64,000 nucleotides of DNA from an uncultured Desulfosarcina sp. (lineage in GTDB: Bacteria; Desulfobacterota; Desulfobacteria; Desulfobacterales; Desulfosarcinaceae), in the NCBI GenBank assembly GCA_963674945.2, contig CAXXWQ010000002.1, forward strand, positions 352,001 through 416,000, given 5' to 3'. The translations under genes were made by a program, and so were the position numbers. Every line of letters begins with the position of its first letter. The first letter of the stretch is position 1. Shown here in pieces: positions 29,714 through 38,961 of the stretch. The notes under the pieces are model-generated. The model was given only the letters and a program-made list of their open reading frames with translations. It searched no databases and was not told the DNA's origin.

Positions 29714-30048
29714 ATTGGCCACGGACCCACACGGACGCACACAGACAAAGGAAAAAAAGGTAGAAGGTTGTCGGTGCAAGGTGGCGCTAAAGCTGACAAG
29801 CGATCAACAACACTCCAAATACAATTTTTATCACCTCCGCGCCTCCGCGTTCTCGAGCAAAGCGGGCGTGAGATAAAAATAATAGCTTCTCGCAGAGCCG
29901 CAGGGCTCACAGAGAGTAACAGCAGTATTTTGGGCCTATGCCCAAAAAACAGTTGCAGACGCACTAAGGCAAAAGAATCAAATAAACGTCCCAGCCGCAG
30001 GCTGCAAATATAACCCGTCTGTGTGAGTCCGTGTGGGTCCGTGGCAAA
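29714..30048. repeat. Family-A arms (copy 10) enclosing Family-B arms
   Basis: Left arm at 29714, right arm 29990-30048; internal CTCCGCGCCTCCGCG..GAGCAAAGCGGGCG and CTCGCAGAGCCGCAG. Confidence 0.75.
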
Positions 30049-30059
30049 ATAGCGAAAGA

Positions 30060-30464
30060 ATGAAAGTGAATCCCAGATTCGCCATACCAGCAATAATTAT
30101 CACCCTGCTAATTTTCTACGCATCATCCGTTCCGGACATGACCATCGTTTCTGCGAACGAACATGTTGACAATATCGTGTCAAATCTTGCCCACATACCG
30201 GCCTTTATGTGTCTGAGCTTCCTTTGGTTGTTTGGATTCAGTAATAAACAAAGTAAAAAGAAAGAGATTGGAATCCTGATCTTCCTTTTGCTTTTTGCAA
30301 CATCAGACGAAATTCACCAATCCTTTGTTCCTGGACGTACTGCAGCAATATCTGATCTGATCCTCGATGCTATAGGGATATCGTTTGGATATATTTTGTA
30401 TCGGTTTTGGGGAAGGAACAACTTCATTTTGCACCGCAAAGACGCAAAGTGCGCAAAGGAGTAA
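30060..30464 (+). CDS. VanZ-family membrane protein
   Basis: HIPAF, SDEIHQSFVPGRTA..DLILD. Confidence 0.85.
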   Translation: MKVNPRFAIPAIIITLLIFYASSVPDMTIVSANEHVDNIVSNLAHIPAFMCLSFLWLFGFSNKQSKKKEIGILIFLLLFATSDEIHQSFVPGRTAAISDLILDAIGISFGYILYRFWGRNNFILHRKDAKCAKE

Positions 30465-30531
30465 GGGGTTTCCCCACAGGGGAAAAGGAAGACCCTCTGC
30501 GGTCTCTGCGTCTTGAGCGAAGCGAGCGGTG
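30431..30531. repeat. Family-B hairpin element (CACCGCAAAGACGCA...CTCTGCG..GAGCGAAGCGAGCGGTG)
   Basis: Complete copy; second complete copy at 35136-35239; partial arms at 13034, 14340, 19114, 22206/22359, 25357, 29835. Confidence 0.8.
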
Positions 30532-30571
30532 AAATAAAAAATCCTGAAAATCCAGTAAATCCTGTCTATAA

Positions 30572-31636
30572 ATGAAAGACGGTATAGTCAAAATCAGAAT
30601 CGCCACCGACGCAGACCAGAAGCGATGGGACGAATTCGTTCTACAACATCCCGAGTCATCGCCTTATCATCTGTGGGCATGGAGAAAGGCAATTGAGGAA
30701 TCCTACGGACACAAGTGTATTTATTTCTACACCGAACAAAACGATGAAATCACAGGTATATTACCAACAGTTCGATTTCATGTACCAGGAATAATAAATC
30801 AAATCGTAGCCCTTCCATTTTGTGATGTTGGGAACTGCGTTGCTGATAAAAGCGAAGTACAGGACTTACTAATAAGTGAGATCTTAGAATATTGTAAAAA
30901 TAGGAAGATTAAGAATCTTCAGTTTCGAGGTGATTTATTACAAACAGTACTTATCCAGACTAGATTGGAAATAGTTGAAACCAACAAAGTTCGCATGTTC
31001 CTCAACTTACCATCTACAGCCAACGATCTGCTAAAATCTTTCAGATCAAAACTTCGCAGTCAGGTTAGAAAGGCAGAAAAAAATGGCGTAACCTTTCGTT
31101 GGGGAAATATTGAAGACATCGAAAACATTTTTCGTGTCTTTTCGAAAAATATGCATGAACTTGGTTCACCCGTCCATTCAAAAGCCTTTTTGAAATCAGT
31201 TTTGGAGCAATACGATGAACGAGCAAAAGTTGGGATAGCTGAATTTGAGAATAATATTATCGGAATAGGGATAATCTTGCTTGGTGCAAGGGGCGTTTCC
31301 ATTCCATGGGCATCGACTCTGAGAGAATATAATCGGCTCAGTCCAAATATGCTGCTATACTGGAATTTATTAAAATATAGTGCCGACAATGGATATGAGT
31401 ATTTCGATTTCGGACGATCATCTGAAGGTGAAGGGACTTACAGGTTTAAAAAACAATGGGGTGCGATTTCAAAGCCATTGGTCTGGTATGAATTGAAAGA
31501 TAACGACAAGAAAGAAAAGTCATCGAAGGAATCGAAGATTGACAAGCGTGAACTGTTGGCGGGAATGTGGCGAAAGCTTCCGCTTGGAATGGCAAATGTT
31601 ATCGGTCCGCACATCCGTAAATATATTAGCCTGTAA
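30572..31636 (+). CDS. FemAB-related protein, PEP-CTERM/XrtA system-associated
   Basis: KLRSQVRKA, LGSPVH, PNMLLYW, FDFGRS, TYRFKKQWG. Confidence 0.88.
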   Translation: MKDGIVKIRIATDADQKRWDEFVLQHPESSPYHLWAWRKAIEESYGHKCIYFYTEQNDEITGILPTVRFHVPGIINQIVALPFCDVGNCVADKSEVQDLLISEILEYCKNRKIKNLQFRGDLLQTVLIQTRLEIVETNKVRMFLNLPSTANDLLKSFRSKLRSQVRKAEKNGVTFRWGNIEDIENIFRVFSKNMHELGSPVHSKAFLKSVLEQYDERAKVGIAEFENNIIGIGIILLGARGVSIPWASTLREYNRLSPNMLLYWNLLKYSADNGYEYFDFGRSSEGEGTYRFKKQWGAISKPLVWYELKDNDKKEKSSKESKIDKRELLAGMWRKLPLGMANVIGPHIRKYISL

Positions 31637-31743
31637 GGGCAGGTATAAGGCAGACGGTATGAGCAATAAGAAAAAAACTAATTTATACAGCTGTTTAGGG
31701 GTTCTGGTGTTTTGGGTTCAGGTGTTAATGAAACTGGATTGCA

Positions 31744-32133
31744 ATGGCTATAAACCGATTTGAGGATATTGAGGCATGGCAGCGATCAAGAATCCTTGCT
31801 CGCAAGGTTTATAGTTTAACTAATAATGCCAGTTTTTCTCGTGATTTTGGTTTGAAGGGACAGATTCAAAATGCAGCTGGTTCAACCATGCACAATATTG
31901 CGGAAGGATTTGATTCTGAATCAAACTTTGAATTTGTTCGATTCCTCCGTTACGCTAAACGATCTTGCACTGAAGTTCAAAGCCAGCTTTATATGGCATT
32001 AGACCAAAAATATATAACGAATGAAGAATTTCAGGATGTTTATGACCATGCCGGACGAACACGAGCAACTATTCGTGGCTTCATTAAGTACTTGATTGAC
32101 TATGAACAAAAACAAAAGAATAAGAAACGCTGA
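31744..32133 (+). CDS. Four-helix-bundle protein (23S rRNA IVP/Avd-like)
   Basis: FEDIEAWQ, DFGLKGQIQNAAGSTMHNIAEGFD..EFVRFLRYAKRSCTEVQSQLY; flanked by GTTCAGG-like and CCTGAAC-like arrays. Confidence 0.92.
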   Translation: MAINRFEDIEAWQRSRILARKVYSLTNNASFSRDFGLKGQIQNAAGSTMHNIAEGFDSESNFEFVRFLRYAKRSCTEVQSQLYMALDQKYITNEEFQDVYDHAGRTRATIRGFIKYLIDYEQKQKNKKR

Positions 32134-32182
32134 ACTTCCAATCCATTATCTTGAATAGCCCTGAACGGTGAACTCATAACCT

Positions 32183-33361
32183 GTGAACGTCAATAATTTC
32201 CTAAGAAATTTTTATTGGTACCCTCCAGCAGAGACAAAAATACCCTGGTCGGCAATTTTTTCGGCCTTTGGCAAACAACCAACCGATTTCAAATCCGTTT
32301 TATGCAACTACTTGGGTATCAAAAATTGCGTTCTCGCCGAAAGTGCAAGAGCTCTATTATTCAAATTGCTGAAAGTCTTAAAACAAAAAGACAACGGTCA
32401 GCGTAACGAAGTACTAATCCCTGGCTACACATGTTATTCGGTTGCTGCGGCTGTTGCCAGGGCGAATTTACAAATCAGCGTATATGACATTGACCCAGCA
32501 ACCTTATTGCCAGACACGGATTCAGTAAGAAAGGCAATTTCAGAAAATACACTTGCAGTTGTTGCGCAGCACTTATTTGGATTTCTCACACCGCTTGATG
32601 AGATTAAGAAGACAGCAAGTAATAATGGTGCCTATCTAATTGAAGATTCAGCGCAGGCAATGGGCTCTGTAAAGAACATCCCGAAGCCCGGGACCATAGG
32701 TGATTTCGGCCTTTTCAGCTTTGGTCGTGGCAAGCCGTTGCCAGTTGGTGGTGGTGGCGCTTTGGTTTCCGCAGATCATTTTGATGTTTTTGATACAATC
32801 AAATTCGGATCAAAAAAAAAGGGATACAAGCAGGCGTTAGAATCAGCTTTCGTACAGGTGGTTTCTAAACCGTATCTTTACTGGATACCGGAGATGTTAC
32901 CACTTGGACTTGGTGAGACGGTGTTTGATCCTGAGTTTGAAGTTGAAGAATTGTCGGAATCAGTTGAAACATTGCTTTGCAATGCCTTACCAACCCTTGA
33001 TCGTTTGAATGAACACAGAACATATATGGCCGATGTGTATGCGGCGAATATCAATGACCACCTATTAATTAAACAGCCTAAACATGCGTCTTCGATTATC
33101 CGTTTTCCGGTAGTTCTACCTAAGACAATTCTCAAAAAAGACCTTAAGCGTTTTGGCGTGCGGCGAATGTATCCCAAGGCGATCATTGATGCAGTAGAGA
33201 TAAAACCGTTCTTAAAGGAAAACCAAAAACCAACTCCTGGTGCTATTGAAATAGCTAATCGTCTTATCACTCTACCAACACATATGGGAATTAGCGATTC
33301 GACGGCCAAGGACATTTCTATTTTAGTGCAAAAAACAGTCAGACAGGATCTACAAGATTAA
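32183..33361 (+). CDS. DegT/DnrJ/EryC1/StrS-family PLP aminotransferase
   Basis: IPGYTC, IEDSAQA, FSFGRGKPL..GGG, TLPTH. Confidence 0.85.
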   Translation: MNVNNFLRNFYWYPPAETKIPWSAIFSAFGKQPTDFKSVLCNYLGIKNCVLAESARALLFKLLKVLKQKDNGQRNEVLIPGYTCYSVAAAVARANLQISVYDIDPATLLPDTDSVRKAISENTLAVVAQHLFGFLTPLDEIKKTASNNGAYLIEDSAQAMGSVKNIPKPGTIGDFGLFSFGRGKPLPVGGGGALVSADHFDVFDTIKFGSKKKGYKQALESAFVQVVSKPYLYWIPEMLPLGLGETVFDPEFEVEELSESVETLLCNALPTLDRLNEHRTYMADVYAANINDHLLIKQPKHASSIIRFPVVLPKTILKKDLKRFGVRRMYPKAIIDAVEIKPFLKENQKPTPGAIEIANRLITLPTHMGISDSTAKDISILVQKTVRQDLQD

Positions 33362-33525
33362 CCGCAGGATAAAAAAGTTGTCGCTTCGCGAAAAAAAAGC
33401 CTTGGTTTGACAGGATTAACATGATGGACAGGATTGCAGGTAGAAGGGTGAATAATACCAATTTCATATTATGAATTGATAATTTTAGAATTAGGCCAAA
33501 GCATTAATTTCTTAATAAATCTTTC

Positions 33526-35091
33526 GTAACCGTTCACGGGGCATTTTAGGGCTGACATCATGGCCTTTAACCCATTGAAAACAAAGCATAAATTGTGTGC
33601 ACCGTAACTGCCTGAAATAATTTAAAATAAATCTAGATTTTTTCTTTTAACTATGTTAGAGTGCTTTTCATGGCACTCAAAAGACCATTTTCAGAACTCG
33701 ATTGGCAACTGACACCAGAGGCGGTGAGAAATTACATCCTATATCTGGAACAGGCGCTTCATGATATGCAAAAATGGGTTGAGACCCATGAAAAACGCAT
33801 AGAGAAACTTGAAGTCCAGACCAAAATGAATTCTCGTAATTCCAGTAAACCGCCCTCATCCGATCCGCCTTTTAGCAAGCAGAAAAGAAAACAGAAAAAG
33901 AGCAAGCGATCCAAAGGCGGACAAAAAGGACACAAACCGCACCAGCAACAACTGCTCGAGCCGACAAAGCAACATTCGTTGATGCCAAAATGCTGCAGTT
34001 GTGGTCATTCGGTGTTCGATCAGGAAAAGATGAAGCCTTTTTACACCCATCAACAGATCGAACTTCCCAAAATCGAAATGGAAGTCAGCCACTATATTCT
34101 GCACAAGTGCGATTGCCCCAATTGCGGGAAGGTTGTCAAAGCCAAGCTGCCATCTGCCCTGTCGAGCGGATACGGTCCCCGATTTACCGCATTTGTTGGT
34201 GAATTAAGCGGTATTAAAGGGATGAGCCGAATGGACGTAAAGCAGTTATGCGACTCTGTGTTAGACATTCCCATTGCTACGGGGACGATCCAAAAAATCG
34301 TTGACCGCACTTCAATGGCGATTTTGCCTGTGTATGAACGTATCGGGGGTATCGCCAGAAGTTTCTGGTGCAATTATATCGATGAGACCTCCTGGTTTAC
34401 AGAAAACGATCTGCACTGGCTGTGGGCCATGGTCAACGAGCGGGTTGCTTTCTATCGCATAGACCCGCATCGCTCCAAGGTGGCTTTCGAAGCACTCATC
34501 CAGGACTGGAACGGCATTCTGGTCAGCGACGGTTACGGCCTGTATCAAAAATGGGTTCACCGCCAGACGTGCCTGGCTCATCTAATCCGTAAGGCCGATT
34601 CTCTGGCGGAGAGAAAGAAGCCGGATTTACGTCGCTTCGGAGAAATCGTCGCCGCTTGGTTGAGACAACTGGTATCGTTTGCCAAAGAGCCACCCGACCC
34701 AAAGCAATGGTCGGATTTTTATACATTCTTCTTGTTTACCGTGTCCCTTTGGGAACCCGATAAAACGGATGCAGGAAAACTCGCTCGGCAGATCATCCGG
34801 GAAATGAACAACCTATGGGTGTTTATGGATCACAAGGGCGTCGATCCCACAAACAATCGTGCCGAAAGAGCGCTACGCTTTGGTGTATTGTGGCGGAAAC
34901 GAAGCCTTGGCACCCAAAGCGAGAAAGGAAACCGTTGGGTTGAGCGGATATTGTCACTGAAAGAAACCTGTCGCTTACAAGCAAAGCAGACTTTTCCTTT
35001 TCTCGTGGAGTGCATTACTTCCTATTTTCGAAATTTAGAGCCAAACCTTTCCTGGATTTAATCCAATGGGTGTTACCCTGTGAATGCGTAC
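33526..35091 (+). mobile_element. IS66-family element (single ORF, ISBst12-like organisation)
   Basis: IRs GTAACCGTTCACGGG / CCCTGTGAATGCGTAC; 8-bp TSD AATCTTTC at 33518-33525 and 35092-35099. Confidence 0.92.
33670..35061 (+). CDS. IS66-family transposase
   Basis: NSRNSSKPPSSD, GGQKGH, DETSW, SDGY, CLAHL, PTNNRAERALR. Confidence 0.92.
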   Translation: MALKRPFSELDWQLTPEAVRNYILYLEQALHDMQKWVETHEKRIEKLEVQTKMNSRNSSKPPSSDPPFSKQKRKQKKSKRSKGGQKGHKPHQQQLLEPTKQHSLMPKCCSCGHSVFDQEKMKPFYTHQQIELPKIEMEVSHYILHKCDCPNCGKVVKAKLPSALSSGYGPRFTAFVGELSGIKGMSRMDVKQLCDSVLDIPIATGTIQKIVDRTSMAILPVYERIGGIARSFWCNYIDETSWFTENDLHWLWAMVNERVAFYRIDPHRSKVAFEALIQDWNGILVSDGYGLYQKWVHRQTCLAHLIRKADSLAERKKPDLRRFGEIVAAWLRQLVSFAKEPPDPKQWSDFYTFFLFTVSLWEPDKTDAGKLARQIIREMNNLWVFMDHKGVDPTNNRAERALRFGVLWRKRSLGTQSEKGNRWVERILSLKETCRLQAKQTFPFLVECITSYFRNLEPNLSWI

Positions 35092-35135
35092 AATCTTTCC
35101 AGTTCAAAACTTAAAATTAATAATTACCATTTATT

Positions 35136-35239
35136 GCACCGCAGAGCCGCAGAGCACGCTAAGTGTTGTTAGGGTTCCCCGGAGGGGAAAAAGAAAAAAC
35201 CTCTCTGTGCACTTTGCGACTCGAGCGTAGCGGGCGGTG
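35136..35239. repeat. Family-B hairpin element, complete copy
   Basis: GCACCGCAGAGCCGCAGAG...CTTTGCGACTCGAGCGTAGCGGGCGGTG; loop GGGTTCCCC..GGGGAAAA shared with the 30431 copy. Confidence 0.8.
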
Positions 35240-35300
35240 AATAAAAAATTCTGTGAGTCATGTAAATCATGTTAATCCTGTCAGAAAGTTTTTAAAAACA

Positions 35301-36575
35301 ATGCTCGAATTCATCTTCTGGTTTTCAGTCTTCATGATCTTCTACGTCTATTTCGGCTACCCTCTTTGCTTGATGGGAATATTAGCATGGAGAAAGCTTA
35401 AATCCCTCTTTTCATATAAAAAGGAAAGAAGTCAAAATTTAGACTCTGAGCTATCAGCTGTCAGCTATCAGTTTCCCTCCGTCTCCTTCATAATAACAGC
35501 ATACAACGAAGAAAAAAGAATCGAAGATAAAATAAAGAATTCATTAGCTGCAGATTACCCAAAGGATAAATTGGAAATCATCGTCGCATCAGACTGCTCA
35601 AACGATAAAACAGATGAAATTGTCCAATCATATGCGGATAAAGGCGTGAAACTTGTCAGGGCACCAGAAAGAAAAGGCAAAGAAAACGCACAAAAATATG
35701 CAGTGGATGCGTCAAAGTCTCAAATCCTGATATTTTCGGATGTAGCTACGATTTTAAAACCTGATGCTATTTCAAATATTGTACGAAATTTCGCTGATCC
35801 TTCGGTTGGGTGTGTCAGCAGTGAAGACAGATTTATTGATAAAGATGGAAATGTCAGCGGTGAAGGGGCTTACGTGAAGTATGAAATGTTTCTGAGGGGC
35901 TTGGAAACGAAAGTCAATACGCTTGTTGGTCTCAGTGGATCATTCTTTGCTGCAAGAAGATCGGTATGTGAAAATTGGGCCGTTGATCTGCAAAGCGATT
36001 TCAACACACTGATAAATTCTATAAAATTCGGTTTGCGTGGCATATCTGATTCCAACAGCATCGGTTATTACCAAAACCTTGCCGATGAAAGAAAAGAATT
36101 TCAACGAAAAGTCAGAACAGTACTTCGTGGAATTTCAGTATTAATGCGTAACCTGTCATTGTTCAATGTTAAGAAATACGGATTGTTTTCATGGCAATTG
36201 TTCAGCCATAAACTATGCCGTTGGATGGTCCCCTTCTTTTTGATTCTGGCTTTTTTATCAAATCTGTTATTGGTAGCCGGCACGGGAACCTATATCCTAT
36301 ATCTATTATTACAGGTAATATTTTATTCTTTTGCATTATTTTATTATTTATCTGAAGTTAAACAAAAAACTATCTTCCCTCAAATACAAAATACAAAATA
36401 CAAAATTATTAATTTAGTTTTCAGTTTTCTTAAACCTTATACCTTAAAGCTTCAACCTTATTTCAAACTAACCTATTTCTTCACAACCGTAAATTATTCC
36501 ATCCTTGTTGCATGGTTAAAATATTGGAAAGGCGAAAGGGCAACTTTGTGGGAGCCTTCAAAACGCTTGGTATAA
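35301..36575 (+). CDS. GT2 glycosyltransferase, membrane-bound
   Basis: IITAYNEE, SDCSND, FSDVAT, EFQRKVRT, FSHKLCRW. Confidence 0.9.
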   Translation: MLEFIFWFSVFMIFYVYFGYPLCLMGILAWRKLKSLFSYKKERSQNLDSELSAVSYQFPSVSFIITAYNEEKRIEDKIKNSLAADYPKDKLEIIVASDCSNDKTDEIVQSYADKGVKLVRAPERKGKENAQKYAVDASKSQILIFSDVATILKPDAISNIVRNFADPSVGCVSSEDRFIDKDGNVSGEGAYVKYEMFLRGLETKVNTLVGLSGSFFAARRSVCENWAVDLQSDFNTLINSIKFGLRGISDSNSIGYYQNLADERKEFQRKVRTVLRGISVLMRNLSLFNVKKYGLFSWQLFSHKLCRWMVPFFLILAFLSNLLLVAGTGTYILYLLLQVIFYSFALFYYLSEVKQKTIFPQIQNTKYKIINLVFSFLKPYTLKLQPYFKLTYFFTTVNYSILVAWLKYWKGERATLWEPSKRLV

Positions 36576-36784
36576 AAGACGGGTTGCTCTTTTTGATTGG
36601 ACCCTCGTATTTTTTCAATATATCCGGGTCTGATCATGATCGAAACATGGTGGAACGATATCAACAATTCACTCTGATGTTGATTAATACGCTATTGTTG
36701 GCAAGTTTCTACATCTCATCTCATGTTTTGTAGTTATTGTATGAATTCAATCACATTTTGTGCCACGGATTTAGGTATATTATA

Positions 36785-37345
36785 ATGTTTGAGAACATTC
36801 GAAAGGATTATACACGCTATGTTGAGAATGCGGGTACTATTGATTTTAGATTCTTTTTAAATATGTTTCTGACTATGTTAAAATCACCTGGTTTTTTTAC
36901 GACTTGTGTCCACCGGTTTGGTTTCTGGATTGACAATTATGTAGAAAAATCTGAAGTAAAAATCGTCAGATACCCTTTAATTATTGTTTATAATATCGGT
37001 AAATATTTTTCAGTGGTTTTCTGCAAAATTATGATTGAAGAAAGTTCTGACATCGGGCCAGGACTTTATCTTTCTAAAAACGGTGGAAGTATAATAGGTG
37101 TAAAAAAAATGGGTAGAAATTGCTCTATTCATGAAAAAGTGACCATAGGCTTGGGTATAGAGCAAGAAGCACCTATTTTAGGTAATAATGTTACTGTAAA
37201 CAAAAATTCGGTTATATATGGAAAAATTTCAATTGGCAGCAATGTCGTTATACACCAAGACACCGTTTTGAGCAAAAGCGTTCCGGCCAATTGTGAAATA
37301 GAGGGTAATCCTGGCCGAATTATAAAAATTGATATTCCGAAATAA
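36785..37345 (+). CDS. Serine O-acetyltransferase-like left-handed beta-helix protein
   Basis: Hexapeptide repeats, IGPGL, GNPGRII. Confidence 0.75.
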   Translation: MFENIRKDYTRYVENAGTIDFRFFLNMFLTMLKSPGFFTTCVHRFGFWIDNYVEKSEVKIVRYPLIIVYNIGKYFSVVFCKIMIEESSDIGPGLYLSKNGGSIIGVKKMGRNCSIHEKVTIGLGIEQEAPILGNNVTVNKNSVIYGKISIGSNVVIHQDTVLSKSVPANCEIEGNPGRIIKIDIPK

Positions 37346-37371
37346 TTGAGTAACGTATTTTAGTATTGGCC

Positions 37372-38013
37372 ATGTTTGAAAATTTAAAAGCTGATTTTAG
37401 AAGATTTTATATCATCGAGGGCGGAAAAGAAAACCCGCCCTCAATACGGAAAATAAAAATTGTAATTTTTTGTTACGGTTTACAGGCACTGATTGTTTAC
37501 AGGTTTGGAGTATGGGTAGAAAATAATTTTACATCCATAATTTTGCGGCCAATTAAGTGGTTATTATCTCGTAGCTATCACTGCCTTAATTTTATGGTAA
37601 TAAAGATGTATGGAATCCGATTAGAAAAAAAAGCTCAGATTGGAAGAGGTTTTTACATCGGTCATTTTGGCGGGATCGATATAAACTGCTGTCATATAGG
37701 AAAAAACTGTTCAATTCACCAAAATGTTAGGATTGGTAACTCACATTCAGGTATCAGTGAAATTGCCCCAAATATTGGTGATAATGTTTGGATTGGTGCC
37801 CACGCGGTTGTCGCAAATGAAACTAATATTGAAGATTATTCAACTATTTCCGCCGGAACACTCGTCGGGTCGGGAAAAACTGTTCAGAAATATTTTCTTG
37901 TTATGGGGCCTAAAGCTCGTGCTGTTAGAAAGGATTATGATAATACAATTCTTCTGGGGGTAACTAAAGATGAAAAAGACTTATTATCTAAATATAAAAC
38001 GTTTCGATACTAA
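37372..38013 (+). CDS. Serine O-acetyltransferase-like left-handed beta-helix protein
   Basis: IGRGFYIGHFGGI, IGDNVWIGAHA. Confidence 0.8.
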   Translation: MFENLKADFRRFYIIEGGKENPPSIRKIKIVIFCYGLQALIVYRFGVWVENNFTSIILRPIKWLLSRSYHCLNFMVIKMYGIRLEKKAQIGRGFYIGHFGGIDINCCHIGKNCSIHQNVRIGNSHSGISEIAPNIGDNVWIGAHAVVANETNIEDYSTISAGTLVGSGKTVQKYFLVMGPKARAVRKDYDNTILLGVTKDEKDLLSKYKTFRY

Positions 38014-38142
38014 ATCTTTTTAGTATTGACCATGTGAATCAATATTTTTAATACGTTAAAAACGTTGATGGATAACACTCTGTAAGAGTATAAATAACAT
38101 CATAAAGAATATAAAGAAAGACCTAATTTAAACCGCTATATT

Positions 38143-38961
38143 ATGAAGATAATCTATGCTATAATTTTTCTCTCTATTACATTTTTTACGACCTATCATG
38201 ATGTTATATACTGGATGTATAATAGATATATAAGCCCTGATTCATACTATTCTCACGCATTTTTTATCCCTTTTATCTCTGGCTTTTTAATATATAAAAA
38301 AAAGGACGAATTAATAGAGATACAGCCCGAATGCTCTTTGTTAGGACTCCTGATTATAATCCTTTCATTTGTTTTACATGTTTTGGGTACAATCTTATAT
38401 GTATTTTCAATTTCTGGTTTTTCCATATTTATCTTGTTAATAGGTATTTCGCTTTATATTTTTGGGGAAAAAATTTTTAACATAATATTTTTTCCAATCG
38501 TTTTTATGCTTTTCATGTTTCCGCTTCCGCTTGCTTTCATATCAAAACTTTCATTTCCACTAAAAATGATAGTTGCGAAGGGAGGTGTTTGGATCGCAAA
38601 ATTATGGGGATTTCCAATATTAAGAGAAGGATTTTATATTACGATTCCTGCTGGAAATCTCCTGGTAGGGAATCCTTGTAGTGGTTTAAGATCTATAATC
38701 TCATTTTTAGCGCTTGGATCTATATTTGCCTATATTATAGATACTTCAACATCTAAAAAATGGTTGATTTTTATAATATCTGTACCTATCGCGCTGCTTT
38801 CAAATATAGTTCGTATTTTCATACTTATTTTAATATCTCAATATTGGAGTATTGAGGCGGCATCTCCTGAATCTGTTTTGCATAATGCTTCTGGTATTTT
38901 TGTTTTTATTTTAGGATTGAGCTTACTTTTTTTCTTTGGGAAAATAGTTGAAAAAATATGA
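38143..38961 (+). CDS. Exosortase (EpsH family)
   Basis: YYSHAFFIP; catalytic PCSGLRS, NIVRI and LHN; multiple TM helices. Confidence 0.92.
   Translation: MKIIYAIIFLSITFFTTYHDVIYWMYNRYISPDSYYSHAFFIPFISGFLIYKKKDELIEIQPECSLLGLLIIILSFVLHVLGTILYVFSISGFSIFILLIGISLYIFGEKIFNIIFFPIVFMLFMFPLPLAFISKLSFPLKMIVAKGGVWIAKLWGFPILREGFYITIPAGNLLVGNPCSGLRSIISFLALGSIFAYIIDTSTSKKWLIFIISVPIALLSNIVRIFILILISQYWSIEAASPESVLHNASGIFVFILGLSLLFFFGKIVEKI

Larger units (their letters stand above)
33408..35283. repeat. Family-C inverted arms enclosing a heptamer hairpin, IS66 and a Family-B element
   Basis: TGACAGGATTAACATGAT (33408-33425) is the exact reverse complement of 35266-35283; related arms at 30540-30566 and 33340-33370. 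Confidence 0.8.

Noticed and set aside
11075..30048. Integron cassette array with attC sites
   Set aside because: No integron integrase, and the repeats lack RYYYAAC/GTTRRRY ends; the similarity is only architectural.
8352..32133. Diversity-generating retroelement, suggested by Avd-like proteins
   Set aside because: No reverse transcriptase is present. The only long duplication (26922/29442) differs at all base types, not only adenines.
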